Part shown: in pieces, positions 39,124 through 53,050 of the stretch
Layout: every line of letters begins with the position of its first letter
Numbering within the stretch: position 1 is the stretch's first letter
Assembly (NCBI GenBank): GCA_964016885.1
Contig: OZ024743.1
Coordinates: forward strand, 149,482,001-149,546,000
From: Eledone cirrhosa
Lineage: Eukaryota
Length of the DNA stretch: 64,000 nucleotides
Direction of reading: 5' to 3'
Program-made: the position numbers and the translations under genes
Notes under the pieces: generated by a model
The model's database searches: none
What the model saw: only the letters and a program-made list of their open reading frames with translations
What the model was told of the DNA's origin: nothing

Positions 39124-39920
39124 TATGAGGGTGGGCTGAAAAATTTATAATGTGACCAAATGAGGTTTATCTTTCAACTTAGAACCCCTTGCGGTTCACA
39201 TACCTCTTCCATTGGTGTTGCAGTGCTTGTATCCCATTGGTGAAGAAGCTTTCATCCTGTTGGTCAAAAAGTCATCAACAGCAGATTTGACATCATCATC
39301 ACTGCAATACTGGTTCCCAGCCAAGTGTTTTTTTCATGTTGGGGAAAAGATGATAGTCAGATGAGGCCAAATCAGGAGAATCGGGAGTGTGATCAACCAG
39401 TTCAAAGCAACAGTCCTGCACAGCAGCCATTGAAACCAAAGACTTGTGTGCTGGAGCATTGTCCTGATGAAACAAGTCCCCTTTCTTCAGTTCTTCTGGG
39501 TGTTTGGTCTTGATAACCTTTTGTAACTGCCTCAGCATGTTGACATGATATTCTTCATTGATGGTGTAACACTTTTGAAGTAGTAAAAAAACAGAATGCC
39601 TTTTGTATCCCAAAAACCTGAGACCACCTTCCCTGCAAATGAAATGTCGTTTGTCTTCTTTGGAGCAGGTGAGGAGGGGTGTTTCCAATGCATGGAGTGT
39701 CTCTTGTGATGAACCCAACACACATCCTGGGCTAGGAAACATTCAAGGAAACCAGCTGGATATGCTTCAAACAATGTCATATTTTCTTGTGATGTGTTCA
39801 GCCTGGTACACTTTTAATCAGGTATCAAATGTGGCACCCATTGAGCAAAAACTTTCATCATGCCAGGATATGCTAATAGCATTGGCTATTTATAGTCAAT
39901 CAGCATATGGATATTGGTAG
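39124..39920 (-). mobile_element. Decayed mariner transposon
   Basis: LFHQDNAPAH..DHTPDSPDLASSDYHLFPNMK (DD34D C-terminus); TIR-like TATGAGGGTGGGCTGAAAA at ~39125. Confidence 0.9.
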
Positions 39921-41069
39921 GTTTGTGAATATGCTTTTATACTGAAAGGGGTGTACCAGAACATATTTAGGTCCTCTGATTTTTAAACAAGGTTATGTAT
40001 GTCTTTCTCTGATAGGTTTCCACGTGCTGCAGAGTATATTGGATACATTTAACCATGGCACCAGCACTACAGAGGTTGAAATGTCTTTCACAAAATTAAA
40101 ATGTCCTCTCACCCTTTTCCTTTGCAAGTCTTCTACAGTTGGATGTCCATCATATTGCTAACCACCTTACAGCTATTCCAACTCGTGGGACTCTCTCCTG
40201 CAGGTGGTTAACATGGCTCCAATAGCAGTAGATCAGGAGGTGCACTGGGGACCAAAAATGCTAGAAATCTCCACTCCTACAGGTTCAACTGCAAACCTAT
40301 TAGAGGGTGGCTGATACTTCAACAGCTTGCAATTTTCAGCTTGTTGAGCAACAAAACCTGGGTCTGTTACCATGTGCACCAGGTAAAAGTGTCACTGCAT
40401 GTTGCATCCCAGCTGTGGGGCTTCTTTCTAGTTAGCTTTTTAATGAATATTGCATAACATATATTAATACTAGTTGAACTATATAAATGTAATCAAGATA
40501 GAAAATGATAAAAGTTAAGGTAAATAGTTTGATAAATTCATGCTGCTTTAGGAATGGCGCATCCTCCTAAAATTTAATGTGATCATGATAAACATTTTTG
40601 GTTATAGGAATATTTCATTTTAATTAATTTGCAAAAACAACAATTTGGAGAGGATGTAGATGGAGAGTAAACAGAAGGAATCAAATTGATTGCTAACTAA
40701 TTCAAAGTTAACAAAATAGTAATTATATTATTTACAGTTTTATCATTGTTTCTATCTCTGCCACTAACTCCATCTCTCTTCTATCTTTACTTCCATTCTA
40801 TTTTCATCTGTTATATTCCCTCCATCAACTCACCACTACAAGCTTCTTTATATTTGCCAGTCACTCATATGCACACTTATTTGTACACAATATATATTTC
40901 TTGGACACTCTCTGTTTTTTTTGCTTTGCTCTAACCCTGTCTTTTTACATTTTTCTATAACTCTTTTGCTCTCAAATCACTCTATGTATCCTTTTTCTCT
41001 TTCTTTCTCTCATTCATTCTCTATTACTCTAGTTAGTATATCTAAATTACTCACTGCATTCTCTCTCTC

Positions 41070-41118
<49 letters not shown>

Positions 41119-41511
41119 CTTTATCCCCCCCCCCCCCCCCACACACACACTCTCTCTCTGTCTGCTGTCACCATCTCAATATGTTTATATAAAATTATTT
41201 AATATTCTGTATATGAGATACTTAGTCTATATATAGGTCTACTCTATTGCTCTTGCATACATCTATCACATTCTCTTTCATCAATCCTCTCTCACTGTTT
41301 TACATTCAGAATATCTTTGCTTACTTGCCATTCTTGATAATATCATAACTCTTCTTTATTTCCCAATACCCCTTTTTGTACCACATTTTTTAACACACAC
41401 ACAGAGACACAAAAGCACATATGTATGTATATACTTCTTTTGCCACACACTCACCATCTATTAAAAAATATGGATTCATTTTTCTTTTGCTTCCACACGC
41501 ACACACACACA

Positions 41512-41571
<60 letters not shown>

Positions 41572-41752
41572 CTCTCTCTCTCTTTAAATTTCTATTAACT
41601 CTCTTTTATCATTTTTTTTGTTTCTCATACTTCTCTCCCCCCCCCCCCTTGTGATCACCACACACACATACACACACACACATACATACACACACACATA
41701 CACAGACACTCACACACACAGACACATAGACACATCTATCTCTTACGTCTAA

Positions 41753-41813
<61 letters not shown>

Positions 41814-42221
41814 CTACCTCTCACACAAATATATACATTCTGTTATTCCCTTGTCCTCCAAGCATACAAACATCTACACACTCACACTCTCTTTACTCTC
41901 TCCTTCTTCGTCCTTTCCCACTTCTGCACCTCTACTCCATTCTCCCATTTCCCATTCTCATAAGTGCCAAAATCGTAAGGAGTGAAGATGTATCATGTGA
42001 TAAGTTGTGCTACATCTGACGTTCTTGTCCGTCTTGCACTGACTTATCATCGCCAGACCATCTCTGCCATTAGACCTGCAACTGCCAAAGTCTATTAGAC
42101 ACTGTAACACCACGCCACAAGGCAAGAAGCGATTGTGCAACGCCACTACAATCCAAGCCTTCCTCTCCCTCACCCACCCATTAACAGCCGTCACAGAGCA
42201 AAGCCCTAAATTCCTTCTTAC

Positions 42222-42434
42222 GTTTTTGTTAGTGTTATTGTTGCCTTTGTTTATTGTTTGTTTTATTTTTGTACTCGGTCCGATATCAATCTGGTCGTTC
42301 ATCGAGACGCAAATTGGAATAGCATGCAAATTGGCTACCATTGCTGCTGGAACTCCAAATACTGTTGTTGCTGGTGATGAGGATGATGATAACGTTGCCG
42401 ATGATACTGTTGTTATTGCTGCAGCTGCTTCCAT
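42222..42434 (-). CDS. Candidate host first coding exon (Ala/Ser/Thr-rich N-terminus), unidentified
   Basis: Polypyrimidine tract plus CAG acceptor at 42551, upstream in-frame TAA, GCAATGG start context, possible donor AC|GTAAGA at 42221. Confidence 0.3.
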
Positions 42435-43699
42435 TGCTACTGCTGATGCTGCAATTGTACTTACTGCCCATTTACAGAACCATTTAGGTGAAGCCAGCCT
42501 CCTCCTTCCTCCTTAAAAAATATCTCTATTAACTAACTGCTGACCGATCTCTGCAGCAAAAGAAGGAGGAAAGAATGAGAAAGAAAGTGAAGCGATAGAC
42601 AAGGGGGATTAGGAAAAAATAAGAGAGTGAAGCATCTGATGTGAGAGACATGCTTTCATAGGGAAGCCCTTTAATAACCAGACACTGGCATCAATAGCCA
42701 CCGTTAATCTGACAATTGATGCGCACACATGTACGGGTGTACACACTCTCACACATTAATGCTCACATACAGCATACATATATATCCACACTTGCGTATG
42801 CATATACGCATACAATATGGCTACGCTTTGGCTTTGTTAGTTTTTTGTTGTTAATATTATTTATCCTTGTTATCTATTGTTTAGAATCCGAATTGTTGTT
42901 GATTTCTATTTTGATGTTTCTGTACACATAACGCCAAGTGTGCATAGAAACATCAAAATGGAAATAAAAGAACAAGAGATGACGAGAAACTGTAACATTC
43001 CTGGGTCTCCCAATACATTAACAATTTAAATAAAGTGGTTCAATTTGGGGATTGAAATTTAATCATAGCCTCCAATTGCCGAATGCTTATTACTACAGTA
43101 TGACCTCAAACCAGTGACTTAAACCAGTGAAAGAATACACGGACGGACAGAGAGAGAGAGAGAGAGAGAGGGGGAGAGAGAGAGAGAGGGAGAGGGAGAG
43201 AGAGAGAGAGAGAGAGAGAGACCAATACCACATTTTACGTTTCCTTTATGAATGAAATCTCCTTATTATGAAAGTTAATATTTCAGCAATTCAACATTGA
43301 AAATCAAATCACATGAAGACACACATTCTCGTTATTTCACGGCCCCATGAAATACTCGTTTAAAGTTGAAACCTTCTTATAATAAACTATATCTTTACTC
43401 ACAAAAGAAAATAATCAGTCAATCACATTTAGTTTGATTTATGCTCAGGAATGTTTCCTCGTGATGCATAGTATCATTTCTGAAGTGTATCATGTCTTAC
43501 AGCGATTCAGTACACTTGTTATCCCATCATGTTACGTAACGATAAGGTTTATCATTAGATATCAAAGTAACAATTATAAAAAGAGAAGAGGGAGATAAAA
43601 GATGTTGAGGAACCATTAGGACCTAGGACTTGCACGACTTTTAGAATCATAATGAATCTATCTGATAAAATACAAGTTGCCAATATACAAATAGGCCCA

Positions 43700-44660
43700 C
43701 GTAGCGAAATTATGGAAAGTATGGAGAAAAGTGTTTGGTTGGATATGACGTGGTGTTGCAGACCACTCTCGCAAGTCATTAAATTTATTGCAGCAGTTGA
43801 TACAAGAAGCTGAGAAATTCATCCAAACATTTGTTGCTTCTCGGGGATAGTTTGAAAGGTTTAAGAAAGTATCTAATCTTCAGAGAATTCAGATAGGAGA
43901 ATCAGCAAGTGCTGACATTCCATGCTGCGCCGGAAAATAATCACACAGTATTATAGAAATCACCATTAAATCTAGTTTTAAAGTAAATGGATGTAAACTA
44001 TTAGGAAACCTTTACCCTCTAAAACTTTTAACGCAAAGGAAAAAATAATGCATCGGTGTATAAAGCAGCAGAAACGTCTCACATTGTGTTTTAGGAGCAA
44101 TGAAACTTAAGCCATTACTTGCTTATTAATGTGATTCTTGTATGGCGATAGATTGGCAGAATCGTTAAAATGCCTTGCGGCATTTAGTTACAGCTCTACA
44201 TGCTTGCTGTGTTCAAATCTCGCCTATATCAAGTTTGCATTTTATCCTTCCGGAGTCGACTAAATTAAGTACTGAGAGCGATATGATTGGTTGTTCGTTT
44301 TCTCCCAAATTGCTAGCCTTGTGCCTAATATAAAAATTATCATTCTGGCATTCCAATATTAATGTTAGGCGTCTCCAGTTGTAACCTGCTTGCTATAAGA
44401 ACATAGCAGAAAAATATTGGTTTAGACAGGATATATTTACTGAATGGGTCAATGAATAGTTCTACTCAGCTGTCAAACATTAGTGAGAGAACAATTTCGA
44501 GACCAAGGCACTTCTACATTAGAACAATGCTCTTGGCCATCTTTCCAATTTCGATGTGCGTATCTGTTAAAGTCATTTTCCTTCCAGCAAACACAGCTTT
44601 TCTACCTCAGCCAAAGTTGTATCTGTTTTCAAGGCATATTATCTTAAAATAATTTAAATC
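43700..44660 (+). mobile_element. Decayed Tigger/pogo transposase, with an old family B-like SINE at ~44145-44340
   Basis: FVASRG*FERFKK..GESASAD at ~43830-43915 and VKVIFLPANT..PQP..FKAYYL at ~44565-44645. Confidence 0.75.
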
Positions 44661-45149
44661 AATTAATTACACCAACTGGTAATATACATCAGTCCGTCAA
44701 AGAATTCTGGTACAATTAGATTATGTAAACAATATAAAATATTCAAAATGCCGGAGGAAAAGTTACAGAAACATGTCTCCGTGATGTTTAGAAACAATTG
44801 AATCCAATGTATTCTGGGAGTACGTCAGAGTAGAGGATGGCACAATGTCTATCAATAATAGCTTTATACAAATTAAGGAAATCTTTTATTTAATGTGTAC
44901 TACATTTTCAAACAGAAGTTATACAATGATAGACATATTTAAAAAAAAAAAACGATAAAAACTACCAAAATTAAGTAATGAAAAAGCAACGAATAGAAGT
45001 TAAACAAGGGCGGATTTGGATGATTAGGGAAGTAGAGGAAAGGACTATAAATACCAAAAATGTGGAGAAAAAGAGAGAACGCGTAAGGAATATTAGGCAG
45101 GCAACGGCACAAAGAGAGGAGGAAGAGGAGAGGGTAACTGACTCTGTGT

Positions 45150-46260
45150 CTAGGTCGGGACTGTGTTTCGGCTGAATCCCGCGGACAAAACTACAAAGGC
45201 ATTTCCGCGGACAATGGCCAGCGACACCCGCTGCAACAGCCAGAGCACCTCGTGGGGCTCCTTCCTCAGAATGGCTGCTGACATTCCGATTTTATGGAGA
45301 AGCTCGGCTGTGCGGAATTCAGCCGCTCCGTAGCTAATATTTATCAATTCAGACTTGGGTGGGTTAATCTCAAGTACGACGAGCTTTAGGGCTAGGATGG
45401 TTGCCGAAGATCCTCAACTATCGACTCAGCCGAGCCAGCCAGGGCCACGTCGTTCAGGTACCAGACGTTGAAGGACGCCCAGGAAGAGCGGTTAATATCG
45501 TCAAAGAGAAGCGGGCCGAGTGGGTCTCCTTGCTCGATACCTGTAGCGGAGGCAACCTTGTTGCCAGTGGCCATGAGTAAGCTGGGTCTTCAGCACGAGA
45601 GGTGGGCAAGAGAGACAATTGAGGGAGTTCGTCTGAGACACGTCTTTATGACGTGATCCCACCCAACGCTGTTGAAAGCGTTTCTCATGTCCAGTTTCAC
45701 AAAGAGGGTTGACGAAGGAGTCGTGTACTCTATAAAGTATTTGGCTATATGAGCTGCCACCTCGCATCCACACTTGACGCTCATTCCAAGCTAGACAAGG
45801 CTTAGCGTCTCGCTCAGGTCATCTTTGAGTGACTTGCAAGCTATCTTGGTTGCAAGTTATCGGAAAATGTTGCCCACTGCTGTAGAACGGACGCTTCCGT
45901 TGTTCTTCCTCAGAGCGGTCGGACAGACTGAGAAGAAAAGAACATGGGCATGGCAAGGCAATTTGGCGGAGAGAAGAGACGGTTGTTGAGGGTTGTCGGC
46001 AGTGATGGGCAGTATGAGAGGGCCGAGAGACTCGCAAGCAGAGGATTGTAAAATGAAGCGTTATTGCCCTTGAGCCAAGGAGAGGCCCAACCCCTTCACC
46101 GCCGTCGGATTGCCTGCCTTCGGAATCCTGTGTGCAAAGGTCGCAAAACTGAACAGTTTTGTCCAGTCTTCCAGGCCGCCCGAGTCATGCGCTTGATCGA
46201 TAGACGATGCTAACGCTTCGGCTGCGAGAGTGTGGGCAGCTTTTGGGATATTAGTGATAT
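45150..46260 (-). mobile_element. Decayed CRE-clade non-LTR retrotransposon
   Basis: GCEVAAH, VKLDMRNAFNSV, GIEQGDPLGPLLF, WYLND, WLLQRVSLAIVRGNA. Confidence 0.8.
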
Positions 46261-47214
46261 CTCTGCGACTGCCTGAGGCGGGATATTGCCACCAGGAAGT
46301 AGGATTTGAAGTTGCTGATGTGATCTTAAAGTTTTATTGCATGCTGATAACGATCCTTTCATCCATTGGAAGAAATAGGGGAGGGGCCATAAGCGATAGG
46401 GTATATACCTGTAGCGGAGTTGTTTCATAACGTGTAACAATAATCTGTTCTTTTGTTTCACTTTAATCAGTTTCTGTTTTGACTTCAGGAAACTAACATC
46501 CATTTTTCCTTGCCGTGTCAGCAACTAGCCAATATGCAACGGTAAATTACAACTTCGGCCTGGTCGGCGATATGCCGGCTAGGAACCGCTTTCTTTGCAT
46601 ATAATACTTAATTTTGTTTGTTCACTTTATTTGGCATGCCAGCACATCTTTTGTAATTCTGTTCCGGTTGTAAATAAATCATGTAAAAAGTTATAAAGTC
46701 TTATAATACTTTTACCACCGCCACCACCTTGGACGTGATATGGGAAAATCCTTTTCCAAAGGTTTTAACTACAACAGCAAATTCTCTTCTTTCGTGGCGA
46801 CAACATTACAACCGAATAACAACTTCAACTTCTACGTTACATTCACTTTCGTCTAACATTACCACATAACAAAACGTTACATTTATTGCTACTACAATTT
46901 AATAACATATTCCTTTTATGCTAACACTGCATATTATTCATTCTGCCTTTCATCCTTATGGGGTCGATAAAATAAAGCACCAGTAATACACTGAGATAAT
47001 TGCTGACCTTGTGCCAAAAGTAGAAACAATTATTCACTCTGCTAAATGCCTACTCAATTTCCAGGCTTTTGTTCCATATCTCCCATTGAAGACGTTTATT
47101 ATTACCTATTCTTTTGTCTATATGTGAACAATATGTTCTTTATTCATACCAGGTCAGTGGATTGGCAATATCGACAGAGTGTTGGACATGATTTGCGGCA
47201 TATAGTTACGACCC

Positions 47215-48925
47215 TGTAGTGACCTACATTCTGATGGCTCTTGAATACATTCTCCGTACGTTGTTTGGCTCATTTCAGCCAATCGCTACCAGCGTAGGGA
47301 GATGTATTTCAACTTCCGCCCAAAGGGAAAGATTCACGCTTCTCTTCGAAAATCTCCCTATTTGAATCTCGTCACCAGAAGCTAAACATCTCTTGACTTT
47401 GCTCAACAAACTTTCTAAAATGTAGCTATGAACAATTACCTCGCCGTGGCTTCTAATTTCAGCCATCGGTCTGCGTATTCCTTTTACAGCATCTTAATTT
47501 GTTTTATTTCATTTCTTATGACATGTCAACACAGCTAACTCAACTGCTCATCTTTGTAAATAAATTATATATCAAAAACCGTCGTAATGCCTTATGATGA
47601 TAGTTGCCACAACATTGATTTGGACTGCTTCGGTTACTCTATGTGATACAATACACAAACAATACATACATTCTACAATTGGTGAACATCTACAAAATAA
47701 CTTCTTCTAAATTGGTGACCCAGTCGTGGAAACTAAATTTTCCTTTAAAAAAAAATAATAGAAGTAGTATTTTTAAAGAACAACACGCAAGCTTTCTTGT
47801 ATTGTATCAGCACCTTGTAAAAACCTTTTTGTTGATAACAGCACAACACGTGGTTTAACTTCAACGAACCCGCCTGAGAAAACATTATTTGAGAAAAAAA
47901 TTAGCTGTCTTTTAAAAAGTCACAGCACGAGGTAAATTTTTTTTTTCAACATGGCTACTATCAACTATCAACAAAATCAGCAGCAGCAGCAGCAACACAT
48001 GGTTAACCACTAACCACAACAGGGAATAACTATGTGGCAGCTTTATAACCTTACCACCACACCTTCTGAGCATCAATTATTTACTGAAGATTCACTGCTT
48101 CCTCACAGTCTTCTCGCCACTATGGTGACTCTAGATTTGTCTTCGACTTCGATCGTCGTCCTGTAGCATAACAACCTCAGTCTTGTTACTTTACCCGACT
48201 CACTGGGAAAATAACAAATGGAACTGGACCTATCAGCATTTCCACCATTTCTCCGACGAATTGCCAGAATTACAGCTTCAACTACTACCCACCTACAGAT
48301 TCAACTTGCTTTTTTCTTTTCAAAGCAACTTTAGCCATTTTTTCCTGGCTGCCTAGCACTTCCGGCAATTCATCTGGGAGGCCGACAATTTCTCACCTAC
48401 CAATCATCTTCTTGCCAGCTCTGCTACAATATTTACCATAACAGCTCCATCTACACAGCTCTGGTATAACACTTATCATAACAGCTATACAGCTCTGGTA
48501 AAGCATGAACAGCACCATCATTGACACCAGCTACTGGTAAACTACCATAAGAGCTTCATCCACAGCTCTGGTACAACACTTACCATAACAGCTAACATTT
48601 AATGCAAGAACAGCAACTTTTCCCATGTCAGACTTTATCCGTTTTCTGTTAGACCCCGGGTGGTCATGCATAAATAGCAAAACAGCTAGTCATTTGACGC
48701 AGCGGCTCAACAAGGCCCTTAGCGCCTCATTTTTCTTCTTGCATGCATTCTTTTGTTTAATGTTTTCATTGATGTGCTCTCTTTCAGCATTTTTCCTGCT
48801 AATTCAATCTTATATATCGTTTTCCAGACTAAATAGGGGGTATTGTAGTGACCTACATTCTGATGGCTCTTGAATACATTCTCCGTATGTTGTTTGGCTC
48901 AGTTCAGCCAATTGCTACCAGCGTA
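47215..48925 (+). mobile_element. Decayed non-autonomous Gypsy LTR retrotransposon
   Basis: 5' LTR TGTAG...CTACA (47215-47677); PBS TGGTGACCCAGTCGTG at 47713-47728, close to the tRNA-Trp complement; gag-like FLRRI remnant; PPT AAATAGGGGG at 48831; truncated 3' LTR 48844-48925. Confidence 0.75.
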
Positions 48926-49122
48926 AGTGGATTGGCAATATCGGCAGAGTGTTGGACATGATTTGCAGCATATAGTTACGACCCTTTAAATCCTGCCGAA
49001 GTTAGCTTTTCCTTTCAGGTTTACGGGTTTGATAAAATAAAGTACCAGTAACGCACTGGTTTCAATCTAATCGATTTTCCCTTACCTTCAAATTGCTAGC
49101 CATGTGCCAAAAAAGAAACATT
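48926..49122 (+). mobile_element. Old family B SINE
   Basis: GTGGATTGGCAATATC..GATAAAATAAAGTACCAG..GTGCCAAAA. Confidence 0.75.
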
Positions 49123-49613
49123 TATTTTTACCATTGATTTAATGTTCTTAAATTTAAGATATAATCTATATTACTTTGTATGAAATAAAACCACATATTT
49201 TAATGTCCATTAATTTGCAGTTTCCGTAAACATTACGACAGACGTAAACAATCAACATTTCAGTATATATTTTTGAAGAAGGAAAGTGCATTCAATAAAA
49301 AAATTAAAGAAACGAAAGTATTCGATAATGATAGTATCTCGTAATTAATTCGGTTCGCGAATAAAACAGCGTTATATATATAGAGAGAGAGAGGAGAGAG
49401 GACAAATACAAAAGGGGACACATACAAAAGGGGAGTTTACATACAGGTATATGAAAATAAAACTATTAATAAAAATAACAAATAACAATTGAAATCCCCA
49501 ATAGAGGGGAGGCGTTACACAGAGTTGTACACACCCCGAAAAAATGTACAACCCTCATCTCCAGGAGCACCAAGAGCGAGTACTCTCCTCCTCTCTTCCT
49601 CTTTTTCCTCAAC

Positions 49614-52600
49614 CTACAGGCTTATAGAGAGAGAAGGCCCAACCACTTGGGCCATCTTTGCCACATTCACCCACCTTTTATAAAATTTGCTGGGGTACAG
49701 CACCTCTCTCTCCATCCTGATTCTTCTTCCAAAATGATATTTGAAAAAAAGAATCAGTTGTTCGCCGGAGAGAAAGGTATCTGACCTCAGCCCTTTTAAC
49801 CTCGTCCACCATATAACCTCTTTCACCATGGCCATAACACATAGGAAAACCGCCTCTCCCTCGTTTTTGAAAGAGGGTGGTGGTTTGATCATGACAATGG
49901 ACTCGGTTGTTAACTGGATTGGTCCCACCCGCGACAATAGTCGTTCTACATAGCCCCACAGGTCGGTAACGCCCGGGCAGTGTATAAATGCGTGCGCGAC
50001 GGTTTTCTCGTCTCGCACGCATCTCGGACAGATCTTTTTAGAAGGGTCCCTTCCCGGGCGCCCGTGTCTGTAGAGCTTGTCTCGAACTGGTAGAGCTCCT
50101 CGGTAGCACTGCCAGGCCGGGGATTTTTAGAAGTTGTCCTTGGTCCCGGGCGGAAGGTCCTACCGAACAGAATGGCCAGTTCGTCCTCCTCTACGCCCAG
50201 AGTTTCTCCGAGCGCGTCGTCGCACTTGCTGCGGACCAACCCTCTATAGAATGACGAAGTGGAGTCTCCACTGATCGCCGGATCCGCTTACCAGAGGACT
50301 GTGAGCGCCTGAACACATTCGATGTGCCAGTCGCCCATTTTCCTCGGTCTTTGCTTAACCCAGGACTGCAGCTCGGTCAGCGAGACGAGTCGTGGGAAGG
50401 CTCGCCTCACGAACGGGGCCCACACCGGTTGTCTGGTGAGGAATACGTATAGATGCCGCAACCTGAGTGCGTGTTTGCGCATCTTCAGCCACGGCATCCC
50501 CAGCCCTCCATTGGAAGGGTGTTGGCAACAGATGGATCTTCTCACCAAAGGAGCCCGCCTCTTCCAAAGGAATTGGAAGAGCGCGCGCTCCATTTTGGTG
50601 AGCGATTTGGCTGGACAAGGCACGACGGTCAAGCGGTAGTAGATGACGGACGCTATAAAAGTGTTCGCCACCTCCGCTCGACCTTTCAAGGATAGTTTGC
50701 ACTCGGCCCGCTTCTGGGTGAGTGCAAACACCTTGGCAGTCACCTTGTTCCAGTTCTTCTCCACCTGGAGGTCCGGACCAAACCAGACCCCGAGCAGCTT
50801 TACCGGTCCTTCCGTCCAGCGTCCGACGACGCCATCGGAAGGCATCGGTTTGCCTCTCCACGATCCGAGTTGCAAACTGATGGACTTGTCCCGGTTCAGC
50901 TTCACTCCTGTGAACCTTTCGTTTTCCTGCAGTAAGGTGCCGATTTCCTCGATTTGCGAGGCGCTCGACACCATTACTGCCATGTCGTCGGCGTAGGCCA
51001 ACGCCGCTTTCCGCAGTCCCGGTTCCAGAGGGATGCTCTGCAATAGCTCCAACTTCCGCAGTCGTGGCTCGAGAGTCAGTACGTACAGAAGGGAGGAGAG
51101 AGGGCATCCCTGTCGAATGAATCGCGTGATATGGAACGGCTACGAGAGGAAGCCGTTCACCTTGACCCTTGAGCAGATGTTGCTGTAGTGCATTGCAGCA
51201 ATCCAGCCACTGAACACGGGTCCGAAGCCTGCCGCCTCGAGCACCGCATCCACGTAACGATGGTCAACCCTATCGAAAGCCTTACACTGATCCAAGTTGA
51301 TCAGGGCCCCACCAAAGCGGGGTTTACACCCTACCCTCTCTATGATGTATCGCATGAGGTGGAGGTTGTAGTGTATGGACCTGGTCGGGATTGCGCATGT
51401 CTGCGCTTCTCCCTCCAAGTTTTCGACGACAAGCGCCAGCCCCTTTGCCAATAACTTGGCCAAAATCTGTAACTCTGTGTTTAGCAGAGTTATGGGCCGG
51501 AAGTTTCCTATGTCATCCCCCTTATTCTCGTCCTTCCTGACTAGTGAGACTACGGCCATGGTCACAGAACTGGGAATTCTCCCGTTCTGCTGCTAGTTGT
51601 AGTAGACCGCTTCCAGGAGACCGGAGAACAAGTCCGGCATTGCTACGTAAAATTCGTAGGGTAGACCGTCGAGACCTGGAGATTTGCGTTTGCTGCATTG
51701 GCTCAGCGCGTCCCCTATCTCAGCGGCTGAAATCGGCTTTTAGCAGAACTTCGCCTCGCTGTCCGAGAGTCGCGGTAGGCCGTCGAGGTATGGACCAAAA
51801 TCCATAGCCCCTGCCGGCGCGTCGCCCCGCCCGAACAGTTGAGCAAAGTGCCGCTGAAAGGCCGCACACATCTGCTTCGGCTCACGTATCACGCGTCCGT
51901 TTTGGTCTTTCAAAGACCGAATTGTGGAATTGTTGCCACTTTTTGCCTCCGTCACTCGGGCCCAGCTAACAGCTTTGACTCCCTCGTTTCCCAGAGCACC
52001 TATTTTGCTTCTGACAACGCAGCCTTCGTGCTTTGCGTCGAAGAACTGGTCCAAGGTCGTTCTCGTGGCTAGCACGCTGGCTACGTTTCCACTCCTAAGT
52101 GCCTCTTCTACTTTATCTACCAGTTCCTTTTCGGTCTTATTTCTATCTAACGCTAATTCTTTACTAAAACCTATCGAGTCTAATCTAATTGCCCTCTTGA
52201 GAGAGTACCACCATCTGTTGTTGACAATGGCCCCCGTCAAGTGCTGCTTAACTAAAGTGCTAACCCGTCTACTGTAGGCTTTGCATGTTGGTAACAACAG
52301 GTCCGGATTCCAGTAGCCGGGTCCTTATCTATGGATTTTGTCAAGGTTGACTAAGCAGGTCACTAATTTGTGATCTGAATAGGCAATCATGAACATTTGT
52401 GGACAGCTTAACATGTCCCTATCCTTCTTTCTAACTAGAACCCTATCTAGGTACGATCTAGATGTTCCGCTACGATTAGTCCACGTCCACAGTGGCACAG
52501 TCGGAAAATCTAGTCGATATCTATCGGCCAGGTCAAATCGGCCGATTAACTGTTTGAGGCTGTTACACCCCCCTTTATCGGGACATGCTCCCACATAGTC

Positions 52601-53050
52601 CCAACGTGCACCTAGGATTCCATTCCAGTCCCCCACTAAAAGCAAGGAGCGGGACGTTCCCAGAAAAGTTTCTAGACGTTTGAAGAAGTCTGACCGCGGT
52701 GTCCTGGATGGGGCATATGCGGCCACCAGCCTGAAGGCTCTACCTTCACTACCATCAGCGTCTAGGACCACCAGTCGACCCTCCGGGTTCAGATGTATCG
52801 TCTGTGTTACGAGGTCCAGGTGTTTCAGCAGCAAAACGGCAACCCCGCCGCCACCTCCCGGCTGACAGAGAGATGCGTAGATCTCAAAGTCATCGAAGAT
52901 GGGGGCCAGCTGTCGCTCGCTGTGGATCCTGGACTCGCAAATCGCTACTACATCCATACAGTGCGACCTGAGGTCGTTTAAGAGTTTGCCCTGTTTCCAG
53001 GGCATCCCCAGGCCGCGTACGTTCACACATCCAACTCTTATATTGGCCAT
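49614..53050 (-). pseudogene. Tx1 ORF2 (APE-RT-zinc knuckle) broken by frameshifts and stops
   Basis: ORF pieces 52325-53050, 51740-52297, 51140-51565, 50288-51052 and 49614-50018 lie in domain order. Confidence 0.9.

Noticed and set aside
48420-48595. Short repeats (ACAGCTCTGGTA) with spacers, superficially CRISPR-like
   Set aside because: Irregular minisatellite inside the Gypsy remnant; eukaryotic DNA with no cas genes.
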